NCBI RefSeq assembly: GCF_009914755.1
Contig: NC_060926.1
Source of the DNA: the human T2T-CHM13v2.0 reference genome, Homo sapiens
Strand: one strand, 5' to 3'
DNA length: 64,000 nucleotides
Under the pieces are notes generated by a model, which saw only the letters and a list, made by a program, of their open reading frames with translations, did not search any database and had not been told where the DNA came from. This document shows, piece by piece, positions 58,426 through 64,000 of this stretch. Numbering within the stretch: the first letter of the stretch is position 1; the number at the start of each line of letters is the position of its first letter. The position numbers and the translations under genes were made by a program.

Positions 58426-58856
58426 GGGTGGGACCTAGGTGCTGGTGTTGGGTGAAATGCAACTGAGGACGTAGACCTCCACATTTAGAGACTACAGAAA
58501 TGGATGGCAGGTCACCACTGGCCCAGGCAGGTGGAGTTGCAGCAGGCTTGCAGAGCATGTTGAATGGTAGCCCAGGAGCAGGCAACACACACACCCAAGC
58601 TAGGCAGGGAGGGGGCTGATGGCAAGTAATAGCAGGGCCACTGCACTGGATTGCTCCAGTGATCACTATTCACGTTGCTTTCTAAATAATACAAATATTT
58701 TCATTGGCATTCAGAAGCCAATTCTGGCCTTAGGGTGAGAGTTACCCAAGATAAAGTACTGATAAATGTAAAGATGATGGTAATAACACCACTTTTAAAA
58801 ATTCAAATGAGAGTACTAGCAATTCTTCCAATGGCTGCATTTTCCTTTGATAGGTT

Positions 58857-59150
58857 TTCTTTAATTTTAATTTTAATTTTTATACTTTAAGTTCTAGGGT
58901 ACATGTGCACAATGTGCAGATTTGTTACATAGGTATACATGTGCCATGTTGGTTTGCTGCACCCATTAACTCGTCATTTACATTAGGTATTTCTCCTAAT
59001 GTTATCCCTCCCCCCGTCCCCTACTCCATGACAGGCCCCCATGTGTGATATTCCCCGCCCTGTGTCCAAGTGTTCTCATTGTTCAATTCTCACCTATGAG
59101 TGAGAACATGTGGTGTTTGGTTTTCTGTCCTTGTGATAGTTTGCTCAGAA
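58857..59150 (-). mobile_element. 5'-truncated L1PA5/6-like 3' fragment (about 300 bp)
   Basis: ttatactttaagttctagggtacatgtgcacaatgtgcag..ttgctcagaa; TSD tgataggtt (58848-58856 / 59151-59159); inserted in a MIR. Confidence 0.9.
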
Positions 59151-59464
59151 TGATAGGTTATTTAAACTCTCTAAGCCTCAGTTTCCTCATCTATGGACTG
59201 AGGATAATGATAGCCGCTCTTGAGTGAGAGCTAATCTTGTAGCAGCCCATGGGAAGTACAGGCTTGGCAAAAATGTGGTGATGGATTTCTGAGCACAGCA
59301 CCTGAGGTCCATTGTGTGTGCCCTGTAGCTAGAAGTTTGTGATGTGCATTCTCTTCTGCATCATGTAGCAGAAGTCTGATTTTAAGGAATGGTATACAAC
59401 CTCAGAGCCAAACTAACCTCCAGGTTGCCTTGGTGCTGAGTGACCTGAATTAGAAAACTCAGCC

Positions 59465-59795
<331 letters not shown>

Positions 59796-61399
59796 TTAAA
59801 ATTCTTCCTGAAGAAAGGACAATGTCCTTCTCAGAGTATGGGGTTAGGTTAAGCAGCAAAAATTGATAGTAAAACATTGCAATGTGGTACAGGGCTTAGG
59901 CAGGTATTATATTATCATGTGGGTTATATGACAGAGAAAAACACACAAAAACCCCAAACAAAACAAGAAGCATCTGAGATAAGCAGCCTTATTTTTATAG
60001 GTATTTAGCAATGCTAAAGGGTATCAAAGACTTTCATTAGGAAAGCAGGCTTCTTAGCATTACTCCAATCCCACCCAAGCCATCAGAGTAATTAAACTCC
60101 ATATGCCTCCATCACAGGTCCTGTATTTTTTTTTAAGTATTCAGAGTTAGCTTGTTTGTTACGTAATACAGTTGGATGACAATCTAAGTAACTGACCTAA
60201 TAATTTATTTAAAAATTGAACCTGTGATGTTTTTGCATCTTTTCAAGATTTTTTTTTGTTTCAGAAAATCAATTTTAATGAGATTATATCAAGAGTTAGT
60301 TTTAATGAAGGGTTTATTGGAAAGGCAGTCCAGTAAGTACTTTTATCTAAGAGGCCTAAAGGGCAATAAAAACATACATTTGTATACCTATCAGTTACAG
60401 ACTTATCTAAAATAAACAATAATAACATTGTAATGAGAATGAAAAATTCTATCACGCACAGCGATTAGAAGCAGCTCGGCATTCAAGTATAACTGATGAC
60501 AATCCAATTAAGCCATGTATTTCCTCCTTGGTTTAGGGTTACTTGCTTGAAGCACTCCATGGCTCCAAACAGGCTTTTGTATTTGCTCTGACAACAATTG
60601 GTGTCATAGCTTACCATCATTTTCAATTTTATGGAAAATTACAATGCAGTATAACATGCTTTTAAGACATAATGATTATGTATTTGGAGAGTAGAGTGAA
60701 TTATTAAATCACAAACTCTGGCATTCTCCCTAAAACTGATACGTCAGTGAGCCAGTTTGTCAAACTTTGATAAGAAGTTGGGATGGGTAGTGTTGAAATA
60801 AGATGAAAGGGGCAATAGGGTGGCCATATCCCAGTGATATCTGCCAAATATTTAATTAAATAGTATCTGAAGGTGTAGACCAGTTGGATCAGCTTTTTTT
60901 GTTTTTTTCTTTTCTTGCATTTACACACTGTAGAAAGATCAAATCAACCAAAATATATGTTTAATCTAATTATCTATGCTGTCATTCTGTGTGCAGAAAT
61001 GGGGGCCAGGGAGGGGCCTGGGTGGGAGAAGGGGGTTCAGAAGGGGAAGCACTGGCTCTTGTACATAAAATACGATAAATCAAGCCCACTCTGTTTCAGT
61101 TTGACACATACTCTCTTCATACAGGCCCAGACCTGATCATGATAAAAATTATTTATGTTTGCTAAACTTCCAGAAGGAGCTAGTAGATTAAAGAGGAAAT
61201 GAATTTTGGTATTTTCACTAATTGATTTTACTCATCTAATTTATTTGTATTTCTACAAGAAATTAGTGAGCTGCTGCTATATTTCAGGCACCATTTCAGG
61301 CACTGGCAACATAAAAATGAGTGAAGCATGGTTTCTATTCTCTTTAAGTTTACAGTTTACTGGGGGAAGGCACATATGTTTATAAATCAATACTGATAA

Positions 61400-61749
<350 letters not shown>

Positions 61750-63104
61750 GAAGTTGCCAATTTTTGTCAGTGGTAGGAAGAGGATAGCAGTGAGGGCCTC
61801 TGGGTGAAGGTGACAGCTGTGCCAGAGTGCACAGGTGGAACTTTGGAAAAGCCTGGTGTATTCATCAGCCTAAAGTAGAGAAGCTCACGTTAGCTGGAGC
61901 TGTAATGAGAAAAGAGGCTGCAGATATTAGTGGGGACTGATTGTGGGTCTCTGATGTCTTATTAAGGAGCTTAGAATTCATTTTAGAAGTTCTGGGAGAA
62001 GGTTAAAGGCAGGATAGAAACATGGCCAGGATTCTATGTTAGACAGGCATCCATAGAGAGGAAAGATCTGATGGCATGTGTGCAGCTGGAGATGAGGAGA
62101 CAATGGGGATGATATTGCAAGAGCAGCAATGGCTGAAATTTACTGAGCTCTTAATGTGTGCCAGGCATGTTATATGGATTTGTGGATTTAATCCTTACTA
62201 TGACCTGAGTGGTAGTTACTATCAGTTAATGATAGTTTATTAAACAGAGAAAAATATCTGGGGAGGTTAAATAACTTGTCCAAGGTAGGAAAGTAATGGC
62301 TGAGCTGGACTTTCACTCAGTCACTTAATTACTCTTTGGTCCTTCCTTCCCAGGGAAGGTGTGTGGCCATCATGACCCATGACAAAGCGATGGCAGATGG
62401 AAGGAGACAGGGCACAGTAAAAAGACATTAAGAAGGTGAAATTTGAGATAGCTCACTTAACTGATGCAATAATTTCTTTGTAAATATGCCAGGTCTTCAA
62501 ATCCAGTAGTCTAGAGCTCCAAATTAACTGATTCTGAGGCTACTATGTTTCATTCTATTAGCACTTTTAAATTTACTGTGGAATAATCCACGAGCTTTGT
62601 TTAAAGCAGGAGTACTCTTAGCTTTTGAGGCTAAAAGCCAAACCAAAATGAAGCCTTTTAAGGTGTCATGGGTCAAGGGCCCCTTGAGCATCCTCTGAAC
62701 TCTCAGAGTGGCCTGTGTTTATTTCTTTCTTAGTATTTACCATGCTGCACTGGAACAATCTGGCTGCTGCTCTGTATCTTTCTCCAAATTGATGTTTTTG
62801 AGGGCAGGGATCATTTTCCAGGTCAGTTAAATTCAACCAACATGCATGGAGAGTCTGCTGTACCATAGGAGGTAGGCATTATTTTAGGCTCTGGCAATAA
62901 GTTTATACACAAGATATTGTTCTGGCCAGACAGTTGAAGGGGAAGCTGATGCATTTTCAGCCCATTTCATTGCAATGTGGTGGGAGTGCTCATGAGGGCA
63001 CATGTGGGGTCTGTGGAGGTATAGATGAGATGTACTGTATCAAATTCTGTGTAGAGAAAAGGGATTTGGATAGATTTCCCAAAGGAGGTGATTATGGAGG
63101 TGAA

Positions 63105-64000
63105 CATTTTAAAATGTAGATCTTATTATTATTCAAGTATAGTGAGGCCAACATATCAGAAGACAATTGTCATTGAAAAGATAGTTTGTTACTGAAGGCA
63201 TCACTGCAGGATTATAACTGAGAAAATTATTACAGTGAAAGAGATCTGATCTAACCAACTCCAAGCTGTCCTTTTTCCCTCCTGGGTATAGACCAAACTA
63301 ACATTAGGAGAAACCTAGTTTATAGTTTAACTTTGAAACAAAGACGATAACTGCCCTTTCCCAAAACAAACTCTCTTCCTCACTGGGGACTATAATGCCT
63401 CTGTAGGGCTAACAAATTAGCCTTAAGATGAGAAATTATAATTTAGGAGTCATGCAGCTGGAGGCTACAAGATTCTGACCCTCCCCATATTGCTCCTAGA
63501 GATAACATCACTATTGAAAAACCTAAGGTCAGTGTTTGAGATATTTTGCAGATCCTGCACTTGATGGATCAGCTGGTACCACCCAGATTGATAAACTGGC
63601 TCATTTGATTTTGCAGTCCCTTACCCAGGACCTGACTTAGCACAAGAGGGCAGCTTTAACTTCTTATGATTCCATCTCCGACCCAACCAATTAGCACTCC
63701 TGACTCACTGGGCCCCCACTCACCAAATTACCCTTAAAAACTCTGATCCCTGAAGGCTCAGAGAGACTGATTTGAGTAATAATAAAATTCCCGTCTCATG
63801 CACAGCTGGCTTTGTCTGAATAACTCTTTCTCTATTGCAATTCCCCTGTCTTGATAAATTGGCTCTATCTAGGCAGCAGCCAAGTTGAACCCATTGGAGA
63901 GTTATACTACTTACAGTTCCCAAGAAGAAGGGGCACACGATGCCATGCTTTGTGGGGCCACTCAGGGAAGAACCAGGGTTATGCAGGAGGCAGAGGGAGT
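63105..64000 (-). mobile_element. MER74-type ERVL LTR (3' part), split by LTR8; runs off the window end
   Basis: ttttaaaatgtag..ttattattattca..gtgaggccaaca..cattgaaaagatagtttgttac | ttacagttcccaaga..ggggcac..caggaggcagagggag is the reverse complement of the MER74 3' end. Confidence 0.75.
63193..63906 (+). mobile_element. LTR8-family (LTR8/8A/8B) ERV1 solo LTR
   Basis: tgaa..acagtgaaagagatctgatctaacc..ccaagctgtcc..tagtttatagtttaactttgaaac..aataataaaa..ttgataaattggctct..gaacccattggagagttata; 4-bp TSD ttac/ctac. Confidence 0.85.

Overview
This is human genomic DNA (it carries a young AluYa5 and an L1PA2-type element), in a repeat-rich intergenic or deep-intronic region. I found no host protein-coding exon, tRNA, rRNA or CRISPR array. 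All long ORFs come from transposons. The main feature is a full-length L1PA2-like LINE-1 on the minus strand (21368-27729, 10-bp TSD). Its ORF1 has one nonsense codon, its ORF2 is multiply broken and carries a near-consensus AluYa5 with a 38-nt pure A run, and its antisense ORF0 is frameshifted just after splice donor 1. Also present are a BC200 (BCYRN1) retrocopy, a two-LTR THE1D-type MaLR provirus with a long open internal frame, a twin-primed 5'-inverted L1PA7/8 fragment, an LTR8 nested in MER74, many MaLR/ERVL LTRs, Alus, L2/MIR relics, a half MADE1, microsatellites and a few hairpin, G4 and CTCF-like motifs. I see no convincing evidence of a new biological system. The findings are locus-level observations, and repeat subfamily calls come from remembered consensus sequences and need RepeatMasker/Dfam confirmation.
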